DNA of 32,000 bases from Candidatus Scalindua sp. (GCA_031316235.1 JALDRA010000001.1:3180001-3212000), one strand, 5' to 3'. Numbered from the stretch's first letter, positions 9,255 through 18,912 are shown. The notes: a model not told the origin generated them from the letters alone. Numbers and translations: made by a program.

Positions 9255-9401
9255 ATGAGTGCAGGCAACTCGATTATAGGCAAGAAAATGAGTATTTATT
9301 CACCAGTCGCAAAACAGAGAAAATCAAGGGTGATGAAAGAAGGAGATTGGTTGTCAAAAGAAATCTTAGGTGCTGCAAACGTAGTTCTGGTCATAATTTG
9401 A
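9255..9401 (+). CDS. hypothetical 48-aa basic small ORF upstream of the efflux adaptor (tentative)
   Basis: ATG at 9255 with AAGGAGA 5 nt upstream; MSAGNSIIGKKMSIYSPVAKQRKSRVMKEG.... I recognise no family. Confidence 0.15.
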   Translation: MSAGNSIIGKKMSIYSPVAKQRKSRVMKEGDWLSKEILGAANVVLVII

Positions 9402-9439
9402 ACATAAATTATCATTACGTAATTATTATTGGAGACATT

Positions 9440-10924
9440 ATGCAAGTGGCCATGAGGTTGATCTGTACGCCAGCCATCTTAATATGGGTATTCATGCAAA
9501 CCGGCTGTGGCAAGAAGGATACTATCATCGAGCCCGGTCCAAGACCTGTTGCAGTCCTCGAACTTTGTGAGATAAACCCCGTTAAAAAGTTGCAGTTGAC
9601 AGGGTCGGTAAAGTCCTGGAAGGAACAGGATATCTCCTTTGAGGTCGAGGGGCGGGTAAAAAGAATTGTTGAGATGGGCACTTATCTTGAAGGCCGTTGG
9701 GAAGAAGAGGGTGTAGTGCGTGTCCCGGGAGATATTCTGGCACGCCTTGATGACAGATCTTACAGGATTAGACTGAAGGCGGCCGTGGCTGAAAGGGACA
9801 GAGCGCAGGCAGAGTATGCGAGGAAAGAGCAGGCATGGGAAAAGAGAGCTATTGCTGAGGTCGATTTCATTCGGGCTACTTCAGACCGTGATGCAAATCA
9901 GGCGCGATTTGAGCAGGCAGAGTATGATCTGGACAGATGTGTCCTCCCTGCCCCTTTCTCCGGTGAGGTTTCCGAGGTGTATGTGGAGGCTGGCGGTTAT
10001 GTGAAAAGAGGTGAACCGGTAGCGCATCTCGTGATGATGGATCCCATCAAGATTGATATTTCCGTCTCATCTGCAACATCGAGACGCCTGAAAATCAGGG
10101 ATAACGTGCGTATTTTCCTACCGGGAGATGAAGGCCCTGTCTACGGAGTCGTGTACGAGAAGTCTACCGTTGCCGATCCGGAAACAAGGACATTCAGAGT
10201 CTCCATTATTACCCGTAATATAAGGAGCGTTGGTGGTTTTGCTCCGGACAGTCCGCTCCTTGAGCACTCTCTTATAACAGATTTTACTTATCTCTTTCAG
10301 GCTGGAGAGGGTGATGAGAATAGTCCATTTGTTGTGGAGGAAAACCGGTCTCTCCGTCAGGAAGGAGAGGGTTACTATGTATGGGCTTCTCCTGAACAGA
10401 AATTAGGAGATAAGATTGATTCAGCGAATCCTCTCATTACGCTCCGTAAATTTGCAGTCACTCCGGGTGAACATCGTATGAACCTCCAGGGTCTCTACCT
10501 CATGCGTGAACTTTCTGACATTGGAAAACTTACCCCTGGTTCATTGATTGCCATGGACGTTCCGGATGATTTTCAGGATGGAGACAGGGTTCTGATTGCC
10601 AGAAAACAGTGGAAGCTGCGTCCCGGCCAGTTAATCCCGGTGCTCATTGGAGAAGCTGTCCCTGTGACAGGCCTCTATCTTCCCATGAATTGTATCAAAC
10701 CGGTTGATGAAACAACTGGTGAGATATTTATTGCTGTTGATGGCAGAGCCAGGGAGGTAAAAGTGAAAATTCTCGATAACGTGGGAGAGCTGTTTCTTCT
10801 GGAAGCGCTTGATCCCGGTGAAGACAGCCTGCTGAAGGCAGGAGTCCTGGTTATTACAGATCACATCCATTTCCTTCAGCACGAGGAACCCATTCGAGTC
10901 ATAAAGATTGTGGAGCAGAAATGA
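9440..10924 (+). CDS. efflux RND periplasmic adaptor (membrane-fusion protein, HlyD/AcrA-like) lipoprotein
   Basis: ORF 9212..10924. I prefer the ATG at 9440 (GGAG at 9431-9434), which gives the signal MQVAMRLICTPAILIWVFMQTGC. It has a coiled-coil and lipoyl region (ILARLDDRSY..., VLPAPFSGEVSEVYVEAGGYVKRGEPV). An ATGA overlap links it to the next gene. Confidence 0.85.
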   Translation: MQVAMRLICTPAILIWVFMQTGCGKKDTIIEPGPRPVAVLELCEINPVKKLQLTGSVKSWKEQDISFEVEGRVKRIVEMGTYLEGRWEEEGVVRVPGDILARLDDRSYRIRLKAAVAERDRAQAEYARKEQAWEKRAIAEVDFIRATSDRDANQARFEQAEYDLDRCVLPAPFSGEVSEVYVEAGGYVKRGEPVAHLVMMDPIKIDISVSSATSRRLKIRDNVRIFLPGDEGPVYGVVYEKSTVADPETRTFRVSIITRNIRSVGGFAPDSPLLEHSLITDFTYLFQAGEGDENSPFVVEENRSLRQEGEGYYVWASPEQKLGDKIDSANPLITLRKFAVTPGEHRMNLQGLYLMRELSDIGKLTPGSLIAMDVPDDFQDGDRVLIARKQWKLRPGQLIPVLIGEAVPVTGLYLPMNCIKPVDETTGEIFIAVDGRAREVKVKILDNVGELFLLEALDPGEDSLLKAGVLVITDHIHFLQHEEPIRVIKIVEQK

Positions 10925-13900
10925 TGAGTCTCTCTGCATTTTCGCTCAAATACAAAGCCATCATCATAACGATGGTTGCTTTGTTAATGTTGTGGGGCAT
11001 ATTGAGTTACTTCACTATGTCCCGGCGTGAGGATCCTGAGTATACGGTTCGGACGTGCCAGGTACTGACTAACTGGCCGGGCACGCCTGCTGAAGAGGTA
11101 GAGGAGCTTATCACCTTCAAACTGGAAGAGGAGATAAACACTCTTGATGGTATCCGCTGGGTGCGTTCCGAGACATTAATGGGGAGGTCGGCCGTTTACG
11201 TCGAGCTGGACAGGGCAACTCCGGGTGAAGCAGTGGAACAGATGTGGGACAAGGTCCGCTCACGGGTAGATCGCGTTCCCATGCCGGAACCTGGAATCAA
11301 GCCTGTTGTCATTGATGATTTTGGTGATACAAATATCATGCTCATGGCCCTCTACCAGGCACCACTTCCCGGAGAGAAAGAGGTAAAAGATGAAAATCGC
11401 TATACCCATCGTGAGTTGGACATATTCTCCGACCGGCTGAAAGATGAGATGAAACTCCTTAAAGGCGTTGCCAAGGTTGTGCGTACGGGTGTACAGGACG
11501 AAGCCATTTTTATCGAGACTGATCTGGGGACGTGGACACAGCTGTCATTAACAACCAGTCAGCTGGAAGAGTTGGTTTCGAGACGTAATGTTATCGCTCC
11601 CGGTGGTGAAATTGATACCGATGTTGGAAGGTTTACGGTTAAACCAAGCGGCGACATTGACGTTATGAGCGAGATGAACTCTATCATCGTCGGTACCACT
11701 GGTGATAAAGTCTCCAGCGCCCCCGTATACTTGAAAGACCTGAATCTTACCATTGTTCGGGATTATAAAGAGCCTCCGGAAGTTATCGTACGCTATGGAG
11801 ATCCATATGTCTCAGATACCTGTGTCATCGTAGCATTCACAATGAAAAAAGGTGCAAACATCGTCGATGTCTGCACGGGTGCCAAGGCGGTAGTGAATCG
11901 CTTAATTAACGAACAGAAAGTTTTTCCTCCGGATATCTCGGTATCGTATATCTCTGATCAATCAGAGACTGTTACGCGTAAGATCAATGAATTTATTCTG
12001 AACGTAGTGGCTGCGGTTGTCATTGTGGTAGTCGTCGTCTACCTGATGGTGGGGTTCCGGTCAGCTGCCGTAATGGGGGCGAATATCCCTCTCGTCATAA
12101 TCGGATCTATCGCCATAATCACGCTATTTGGTGTGCAGCTTGAGCAGATCTCACTTGCTGCAATGATTATTGCCCTTGGTATGCTGGTGGATAATGCGGT
12201 ACAGATATGTGACCAGACACGGCGTCTTCAAACGGAGGGTATGTCGACATTTGATGCAGCTTTAAATGGTGCCAGTCAGCTTTCATTTCCCATTCTTATC
12301 GCCACGGGTACCACAATAGCAGCCTTTTATCCCATGCTGATCGGCCTGCAGGGAGCAACGTATGAATATATTTACAGCCTGCCGGTGACCATGACAGTTA
12401 CACTGGGTTTCAGCTATGTGCTGGCAATGACCTTCTGCGTTTTACTGGCATACTGGTTTATAAAACCGCCTAAAGATCCTGATCAGTCAATGTCACCGGT
12501 AATACAGCTCTTCAATTTTTTCAGAAAGAAACTGAGCAAGGGATCTTTTGAGGTTAAAAGTAGTTCAGAGAAGTCCGGCTTTCTGGCTGGTCTCTACCCG
12601 AAGCTTTCTTGTTTCTGTATACAGATCAGGTTCCTTGTTGTTGCTGTTTCATTTGCTCTGTTGGCTGGAGTGCTCATGCTTCCTGTAGGATCAGAGTTTT
12701 TCCCTCAGGATCTGCGTGATCAGTTTGCGGTAGAGATCTGGCTGCCGGAAGGCTCCAACATTTATCAGACCGATGCGGTTACCGGGGAAGTGGAAGAGAT
12801 AATCCGAAAACTCAGCCCCTATAGTGATGAAAAAGGAAATCCCGGAGAACGTCTCCGTTGTATGGGATCTGTTGTCGGCAAGGGATGTGATCGCTGGTAT
12901 CTTGGCAGAAACCCTGAGTCGGCGAAGCCTAATTACGCAGAGATTGTCGTCAGGACTACCAGTGGGATGGTGACTTCAGACTATGTGAAAGAAATCCGCA
13001 GAGCAGCAAGAGAAGGGAATTCCGCACTCGATATAGACCCGGTTACAGGCGCCAGAATCATTCCTCGTGAGCTGGTTATGGGGCCTTCAGTTGATGCGCC
13101 CATAGGATTCAGAATATTCGGGCCAAAGTTGGGTGTTGGGTTTGCTGACTTGAAAGTTATGCGGGAAGAGGCGGATCAGCTGAAAGAAATACTCCGTAAG
13201 CAACCGGGTACCTGGGACACCTACGATACATGGGGTTCTTCGGCATACCAGCTCCACATAGACGTTGATGTGGATAAGGCAAACCTTGCAGGTGTAACCA
13301 ATCTGGGAGTTGCACAAACGCTCAATGCCTATTTTACCGGGCACTACATTACTACTTTCAGAGAAGGAGACCATCTTGTTCCTGTTTACTTTCGTCTGCC
13401 GCATGAGCAGAGAGGTTCAATCGAAGAGCTCCGTTCTGCCTATGTAGAGGGTAAGTACGGCAAGGTACCTTTAGACTCTGTTGCAGACGTTCGTCCCCGC
13501 TGGAAACCGGCAAAGATTGATAGACGTTTCCTCCAACGTGTAATTGAAGTAAGGACACGTGTAGAACCGGGATACCGCGCCAATGACATCGTCAAGTCGA
13601 TGATGGAAGACGAAGAGTTCAAGAAATGGGAGGAGAGCATTCCCCCCGGTTACTGGTGGGAAGTTGGAGGAGAGATGTTTGAGTCGAAGCAGTCTAAGAG
13701 AGAACTCAGTCTCTCACTGGGCATCTCAATACTCATGATAATTCTGCTGCTGATTATTCAGTACAATGGTTTTGCCAAGCCCGTTATTATACTTACAACA
13801 CTTCCTCTTGCACTCATAGGAGCGTTCTTTGGTTTGTATATTACGGGAAAACCGCTTGGCTTCATGCCACAACTGGGCCTTCTCGCTCTTTTTGGAATAG

Positions 13901-14268
13901 TCGTTAATACGGCCATTATCTTTATCGAATTTGCCGATACCCTTATTAAAGAGAAGATTGCAGCATGCGATGGATCCGGCCCTGTTATGGGGTTGACTGT
14001 TCAGGAATTTCGCGAGTGTCTCGTGAAAGCAGGTCAAATCCGCCTTCTTCCCATAGCTATGACAACGCTGACGACAATCGGGGGACTTTTGCCTCTGGCA
14101 TTGGCCGGAGGGCCGTTATGGGAGGGAATGGCGTGGTTAATGATATTTGGTTTAATTGTTGCTACCTTATTGACGCTCTTGATAGTACCATCACTGTATG
14201 CCATATTCGTCGAGGATTTTAAGATTTCTCCGATTCCAGAGCCTGTTCAAAAGAGTAACACCATTTAG
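10921..14268 (+). CDS. efflux RND permease (AcrB/AcrD/AcrF family)
   Basis: 1115 aa with 12-TM RND topology and two large periplasmic loops. The N-terminus is typical of the family (FSLKYKAIIITMVALLMLWGILSY...RREDPEYTVRT). Its start overlaps the adaptor stop (ATGA), suggesting translational coupling. Confidence 0.95.
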   Translation: MMSLSAFSLKYKAIIITMVALLMLWGILSYFTMSRREDPEYTVRTCQVLTNWPGTPAEEVEELITFKLEEEINTLDGIRWVRSETLMGRSAVYVELDRATPGEAVEQMWDKVRSRVDRVPMPEPGIKPVVIDDFGDTNIMLMALYQAPLPGEKEVKDENRYTHRELDIFSDRLKDEMKLLKGVAKVVRTGVQDEAIFIETDLGTWTQLSLTTSQLEELVSRRNVIAPGGEIDTDVGRFTVKPSGDIDVMSEMNSIIVGTTGDKVSSAPVYLKDLNLTIVRDYKEPPEVIVRYGDPYVSDTCVIVAFTMKKGANIVDVCTGAKAVVNRLINEQKVFPPDISVSYISDQSETVTRKINEFILNVVAAVVIVVVVVYLMVGFRSAAVMGANIPLVIIGSIAIITLFGVQLEQISLAAMIIALGMLVDNAVQICDQTRRLQTEGMSTFDAALNGASQLSFPILIATGTTIAAFYPMLIGLQGATYEYIYSLPVTMTVTLGFSYVLAMTFCVLLAYWFIKPPKDPDQSMSPVIQLFNFFRKKLSKGSFEVKSSSEKSGFLAGLYPKLSCFCIQIRFLVVAVSFALLAGVLMLPVGSEFFPQDLRDQFAVEIWLPEGSNIYQTDAVTGEVEEIIRKLSPYSDEKGNPGERLRCMGSVVGKGCDRWYLGRNPESAKPNYAEIVVRTTSGMVTSDYVKEIRRAAREGNSALDIDPVTGARIIPRELVMGPSVDAPIGFRIFGPKLGVGFADLKVMREEADQLKEILRKQPGTWDTYDTWGSSAYQLHIDVDVDKANLAGVTNLGVAQTLNAYFTGHYITTFREGDHLVPVYFRLPHEQRGSIEELRSAYVEGKYGKVPLDSVADVRPRWKPAKIDRRFLQRVIEVRTRVEPGYRANDIVKSMMEDEEFKKWEESIPPGYWWEVGGEMFESKQSKRELSLSLGISILMIILLLIIQYNGFAKPVIILTTLPLALIGAFFGLYITGKPLGFMPQLGLLALFGIVVNTAIIFIEFADTLIKEKIAACDGSGPVMGLTVQEFRECLVKAGQIRLLPIAMTTLTTIGGLLPLALAGGPLWEGMAWLMIFGLIVATLLTLLIVPSLYAIFVEDFKISPIPEPVQKSNTI

Positions 14269-14360
14269 CGGCGTTTACAATAAAAGGATAGACGGGAAAA
14301 TTGTCGAGATTAAAAGAGAATGCGGGGTCAACTACGGCAATTCAACAGAAATCCAGATCC

Positions 14361-14858
14361 CTATCTGCGGCCGAAGAATATTGCCCCGGCCCTCTCAGCA
14401 CCAATTTCACGAATCAGTTCTACTGCTGAACAGTAAAGAAGTAAAGTTGCAAGAATCACAATTTGCGAAGACCAGAAGTGCGGCCATACAACCTCATGGA
14501 TCAGATGCCGGCTCGCGCTGGGCAGGCTTCCATACTCTGATACGAGGTGGATTAATTCTTCGATACAACGAAAAAGAAGGGTAAACAGGGAGAAAATGAA
14601 TGTCTTCCAGAGTATGCTGTAAATCAGAGGTTTGTCGTGAAATATGTTAACGAACGAGAGCTTGTTGAAGATCAGGATAACCTTTGCAACGATTAATGCT
14701 CCGACAGTTGCAGTACCAGAGGCTGACAGTTTGATGCCGTATTGTTCCAGCATCAGTGCACGATTGAAAGCGATTATGTGAAACGTAATAAGGAAGAAGA
14801 TCGTCGTTGGGATTAATTCCCGGATCTCTTTTTTTAAAAATGACAGGATTTTGTTCAT
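14361..14858 (-). CDS. hypothetical integral membrane protein (about 4 TM)
   Basis: ORF 14361..14900. I prefer the ATG at 14858, with GGAGG upstream. It has several hydrophobic helices and no motif I recognise. Confidence 0.6.
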   Translation of the reverse strand: MNKILSFLKKEIRELIPTTIFFLITFHIIAFNRALMLEQYGIKLSASGTATVGALIVAKVILIFNKLSFVNIFHDKPLIYSILWKTFIFSLFTLLFRCIEELIHLVSEYGSLPSASRHLIHEVVWPHFWSSQIVILATLLLYCSAVELIREIGAERAGAIFFGRR

Positions 14859-15184
14859 CAAACCTCCAATATACAACAATACAGTCATTGCTTGTGTCAC
14901 GCAAGATTTCTAACATTGATTATGCTGTTTATTAGATTATTATGCTAATTAATACTCAAAAAAACAATAATAAATATGCACAACTGGATATCCTTACTTC
15001 CAGGTATAAAGAAATACTCTCTACAGGTTTTTTTTCGATTCGTTTTTTTAAATAGCTGAAAAGCGGTTTTTCACCATAATTTTGAAGATTCTATTTCAAA
15101 AGAATAGGTGTGAAACCTTTTAAAAAGCATGGGAAGTGGATTTTCTAAGAAGCAAAAAAAAACTTAAGAATCATATTAAAACAT

Positions 15185-15214
15185 TTGATTATTTAAATCA
15201 ACAATGTGTATAAT
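15185..15214 (+). promoter_or_regulatory. sigma70-like promoter candidate (TTGATT-N18-TATAAT)
   Basis: Read directly from the AT-rich divergent spacer 14901-15263. It lies about 50 nt upstream of the ATG at 15264. Confidence 0.25.
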
Positions 15215-15263
15215 TTTAACTACTATTAGTAACGAATAAGTTTTTTGACATTATCCCCTGTTT

Positions 15264-15530
15264 ATGCTCAATCTGTCAAGTAAACAAAAGCAGTCTGTTA
15301 GGAAGGCATCCATTCACAGGGTATTGGCCATACGCCTCGCTATTACAGCTGCCATAATATCTTTATTGCTTTCTGTAATCGTAATTCTTACTGAGCGTGG
15401 TAAAGTGGGTGAGGTAGTTCTCGATCGTGCGCTGCAGGGTGCAGCACATTTCAGTATCCAGGCGGGATACCTGTTGGATAAACCGGGATTGCCGGAAGAT
15501 GCAGACAGCTTAATTTATGTATCAAATTAA
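15264..15530 (+). CDS. hypothetical 88-aa single-pass membrane protein (tentative)
   Basis: The ORF has one TM helix (LAIRLAITAAIISLLLSVIVIL). It has no clear RBS and lies directly upstream of the DUF3313-like gene. Confidence 0.3.
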   Translation: MLNLSSKQKQSVRKASIHRVLAIRLAITAAIISLLLSVIVILTERGKVGEVVLDRALQGAAHFSIQAGYLLDKPGLPEDADSLIYVSN

Positions 15531-15548
15531 AGAAAGGAGAAACGTAAC

Positions 15549-16232
15549 ATGAGAAATGTAATGGGAACAGTTTTAATTTCAATGATAGTCTTGTTCGGGG
15601 GATGCTCTCAAACTCACCAGGCTCGCAAAGCAGCAGATTCATCCGGATTTCTTGGAGATTATTCTCTGCTTCAGGAGGGAGAAAAAGGAGAAGCGCAACT
15701 CAGATATATCAATCCTGATGCCGATTTTGCAGCATATGACAAGGTTGTGGTTGATCCTGTTTCAGTCTGGTGCAGTAAGGATTCAAAAATCCCGCAGGAA
15801 GAGCTCAATAATCTCGCCAGCCACCTGCATTACAAGATCATTGCCAGGCTTGAGAATGATTACAAGATTGTCCAGACACCGGGTCCTGGAGTAATGCGTA
15901 TTAGTGCCGCACTCACCGAGGCTAAAAAATCTAGAGTCGGGCTGAATACCATTACTACCATCGTACCTCAGGCTCGCCTCATGTCAGGTGTTAAGAAATT
16001 AGCCACAGGTACCGGTTCTTTTGTGGGTGAGGCAAGCGTTGAATGCAAGATTACGGATTCCAGCAGTGGTAAAATGCTTGCGGCAGCGATGGACCGTCGG
16101 GCAGGCGGCAAAACCCTCAGAGGATCCTTGAAGGCCTGGGATGATGTGGAACAGGCTTTTGATTACTGGGCTGACCAACTGAGCCAGAGACTTCGGGAGG
16201 CGAGGGCAGAGAGTGGATATAATGAATATTAA
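15549..16232 (+). CDS. DUF3313-like lipoprotein
   Basis: AAGGAG RBS and lipobox LFGGCS. SGFLGDYSLL...YDKVVVDPV resembles the DUF3313 N-terminal pattern as I recall it. Confidence 0.7.
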   Translation: MRNVMGTVLISMIVLFGGCSQTHQARKAADSSGFLGDYSLLQEGEKGEAQLRYINPDADFAAYDKVVVDPVSVWCSKDSKIPQEELNNLASHLHYKIIARLENDYKIVQTPGPGVMRISAALTEAKKSRVGLNTITTIVPQARLMSGVKKLATGTGSFVGEASVECKITDSSSGKMLAAAMDRRAGGKTLRGSLKAWDDVEQAFDYWADQLSQRLREARAESGYNEY

Positions 16233-16319
16233 GAGAGAACGGTATCTGGTGGATTTTCATAGTGAAACGATAGTTCACCATTTTAAACCTATTTTGTTAG
16301 ATCTATAATTTGTGATTGC

Positions 16320-16359
16320 AGCTCCGGTTTTTACAGTGATTCTTGCTACAACCGGAGCT
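16320..16359. terminator. 10-bp stem hairpin between convergent genes (possible bidirectional terminator)
   Basis: AGCTCCGGTT (16320-16329) pairs with AACCGGAGCT (16350-16359) across a 20-nt loop. TTT follows the left arm. It lies between the DUF3313 stop (16232) and the K+ channel stop (16363). Confidence 0.4.
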
Positions 16360-16362
16360 ACA

Positions 16363-16659
16363 TCATTTCTCGTTCATTGATTGAGCAATATGTATCCCAA
16401 CCAGCCTGGCGATGAGAATAGCGAGAAACAGTTTGCCGATGATAGCTTCTAAAATTGAAATGGAGTTTGCCGGTGCAGTCATCGGAGTAATGTCTCCGTA
16501 ACCTAGTGTGGTGAGCGTGACAAAGCTGTAGTAAACATAAAGTGATCTGCCGGCGTTGATTTGTCCTTCTGCAATGGAAAAAGAACCGGGGTGGATACTT
16601 TCCATCAGAGAATAAACAAAAGCCCACATTACTCCAATGAAGAGATAAACAACGATCAC
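16363..16659 (-). CDS. minimal two-TM potassium channel (pore-only, KcsA-like)
   Basis: Selectivity filter TLTTLGYGD flanked by two TM helices. It is 98 aa from a GTG start with no obvious RBS, so the start is uncertain. Confidence 0.75.
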   Translation of the reverse strand: MIVVYLFIGVMWAFVYSLMESIHPGSFSIAEGQINAGRSLYVYYSFVTLTTLGYGDITPMTAPANSISILEAIIGKLFLAILIARLVGIHIAQSMNEK

Positions 16660-16770
16660 ACCATATATTACATTACGGGTGACATTTTTTATTCCTGATA
16701 AAAACTCATTTACATTATTCCTTGAATAAATGTAAAAAAAATGCTGTTAAATTTATTTGTAAAGTGCTAG

Positions 16771-16856
16771 TATACTCATCTCATATTGGTTTTCGGATAA
16801 TATCCGAGATACAATTGAGCGAGTATACCTTCACCAAGAGTTGGTTTTGGTTTATA
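16771..16856 (+). repeat. TATACT-ended structured repeat, copy A (short type, right arm deleted)
   Basis: Its first roughly 77 nt align with copy B (25489-) with about 5 mismatches by my manual alignment. The right stem arm is missing, and it ends GGTTTATA. Confidence 0.8.
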
Positions 16857-16957
16857 ATGTTCTTATTCACGACTGTTTCTCTCTGAAGAAATTTTGGGGG
16901 CGCCAAGAACTGTTGATTCTGCATTCTCATTAACCACTTGTCAATAGAAAAAAGTTA

Positions 16958-18088
16958 ATGGTTGAAACCACGGTAGGGCTGAACACAGATGTTGACAAAG
17001 ACGGAGTTCTTACGATAAGAATTACGGGGCGCCTGGATTCAACATCCACGGGTGACATCTGGCAAGGGGCAATTGAGGCTCTTGAACGGGCATCGTCAAA
17101 AAAGGTCGTTCTGGATACTTCGGAGATAGATTATTGTGATGGGGCCGGGATCAGCTTACTGGTCGAAATTCAACGACGCCAGAAAAAAAGAGGCAGTGAA
17201 TTAGAGATTTCTGGCCTTCATGATGAATATCAGAAACTGCTGGATTCTTTTGACCCGCTTGAGTTCGAAGAGTCCCGTCCGGAAAAATCCAGAAAAACCA
17301 GCCTGACTGAGGAAGTGGGTCGGGCAACATTCTCAGTCTGGGACAACATCCGTTTACAGATAGCCTTCCTGGGTGAGCTGGTAGCAGCCCTTTTTCTTGC
17401 AGCCAGAAATCCAAAAGTGGTCAGGTGGAAGGATGCGTTTCTGATAGCTGAAACTGCCGGTGTTAATGCCTTTCCCATTGTCGCTCTCATCAGCTTTCTG
17501 ATAGGTTTGATCATGGCTTTTCAGGCAGCTATACCTATGAGTCAGTTCGGGGCGGAGATCTTTGTTGCAGATCTGATAGCTCTCTCAACACTGAGAGAAT
17601 TGGGTCCTCTTATGACCGCTATAGTTATGGCCGGACGTACGAGTTCAGCCTTTGCTGCCGAGCTGGGCACCATGAAGGTGAATGAGGAGCTGGATGCCCT
17701 GACAACTATGGGGCTGGACCCTGTCAGGTTTCTTGTGATAACCAGGGTGATAGCAACGCTCTTCATGATGCCGCTTCTTACTATTTTCTCCAACCTCCTT
17801 GGCATAATGGGAGGATCAGTTGTCCTGCTCTCTATGGGGTATCCGCTTTCCGCGTATGTCGATCGGATCATACTGTCGGCGGATTACGTTGATCTTCTGG
17901 GAGGCCTTCTCAAATCTCTCGCTTTTGGCTTAATAGTGGCTGGGATCGGATGTTCACATGGATTACGGACAAGGACCGGTGCCAGTGCGGTTGGTGATTC
18001 GACTACGAAAGCGGTCGTAAGCGGTATCATTATGATTATTGTTACAGACGGTCTTTTTTCAGTCGTTTATTTCTATTTAGGGATATGA
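16958..18088 (+). CDS. mlaE: STAS-domain / MlaE-family ABC permease fusion
   Basis: The N-terminal roughly 100 aa look like a STAS/anti-sigma-antagonist fold (LTIRITGRLDSTSTGDIW...VVLDTSEIDYCDGAGISLL). The C-terminal part is MlaE/YrbE-like (ELGPLMTAIVMAGRTSSAFAAELGTMKVNEELDAL). Confidence 0.88.
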   Translation: MVETTVGLNTDVDKDGVLTIRITGRLDSTSTGDIWQGAIEALERASSKKVVLDTSEIDYCDGAGISLLVEIQRRQKKRGSELEISGLHDEYQKLLDSFDPLEFEESRPEKSRKTSLTEEVGRATFSVWDNIRLQIAFLGELVAALFLAARNPKVVRWKDAFLIAETAGVNAFPIVALISFLIGLIMAFQAAIPMSQFGAEIFVADLIALSTLRELGPLMTAIVMAGRTSSAFAAELGTMKVNEELDALTTMGLDPVRFLVITRVIATLFMMPLLTIFSNLLGIMGGSVVLLSMGYPLSAYVDRIILSADYVDLLGGLLKSLAFGLIVAGIGCSHGLRTRTGASAVGDSTTKAVVSGIIMIIVTDGLFSVVYFYLGI

Positions 18089-18855
18089 AAACTGAGCAGG
18101 AAACCATAATTCGTGTCGAAAATTTGACGGTTGCATATGATGAAACGGTTATTATTGATGATATCTCGTTTGAGGTAAACAAAGGGGAAGTTTTCGTTAT
18201 CCTGGGTGGTTCGGGTTGTGGTAAGAGTACTCTTCTAAAGCAAATGATCGGTTTATACACTCCCGCCGCAGGCAGGATCCTCATTGACGGTGACGACATT
18301 GTATCTGCTGAGGGAAGTGATCGTCTTCGTATCCTCAGGAAGATTGGTGTTATGTATCAGAGCGGAGCTCTTTTCGGGTCAATGACACTGTTTGAAAACG
18401 TTCGTCTTCCTCTTGAGGAGTTTACGAATTTGAACTCCTCTGCCATGGATCTTATCGTTTTGATGAAGTTGAAGCAGGTAGGCCTGAAAGGTTATGAAAA
18501 TCATATGCCGTCTGAGCTAAGCGGGGGAATGCAGAAGCGCGCTGCCATTGCGAGAGCCATGGTGCTTGATCCGCAAATCCTCTTTCTCGATGAGCCATCG
18601 GCAGGACTGGATCCTATTACGTCGGCTGAACTGGATCTGCTTATTATCAGTCTTGCCCGTAATCTGAGAATTACGTTTGTCATAGTTACTCATGAACTTC
18701 CAAGTATTTACGCCATAGCAGACAGGGTGATTATGCTTGATAAACGTGTCAGAAAGATTGTGGCAGATGGCAGACCGCAGGATTTGCGTGATAAAAGCGA
18801 CAACCAATGGGTACGTCAGTTCTTTAAGCGGGAGGTTGCTTCAAATGTATCTTGA
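18085..18855 (+). CDS. mlaF: MlaF-like ABC transporter ATP-binding protein
   Basis: Walker A GGSGCGKST, signature LSGGMQKR, and Walker B ILFLDEPSAGLD. ATGA overlap with the permease stop. Confidence 0.95.
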   Translation: MKTEQETIIRVENLTVAYDETVIIDDISFEVNKGEVFVILGGSGCGKSTLLKQMIGLYTPAAGRILIDGDDIVSAEGSDRLRILRKIGVMYQSGALFGSMTLFENVRLPLEEFTNLNSSAMDLIVLMKLKQVGLKGYENHMPSELSGGMQKRAAIARAMVLDPQILFLDEPSAGLDPITSAELDLLIISLARNLRITFVIVTHELPSIYAIADRVIMLDKRVRKIVADGRPQDLRDKSDNQWVRQFFKREVASNVS

Positions 18856-18912
18856 TTGCTCCTAAATCGTGTCCGATACGGACTTTTACTGTTTTAAAGG
18901 AGGTTACAGCCT

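Noticed and set aside
9212-9439. N-terminal 76-codon extension of the adaptor ORF, and similar upstream extensions at 339-392, 3522-3581, 14859-14900 and 8866-8895
   Set aside because: In each case an internal ATG has a good Shine-Dalgarno sequence and is directly followed by a signal peptide or first TM helix. The extensions are basic or low-complexity, or begin at TTG/GTG.
14198-14584. 128-aa + strand ORF after the RND gene
   Set aside because: It overlaps both the RND 3' end and the better-supported minus-strand membrane protein gene.
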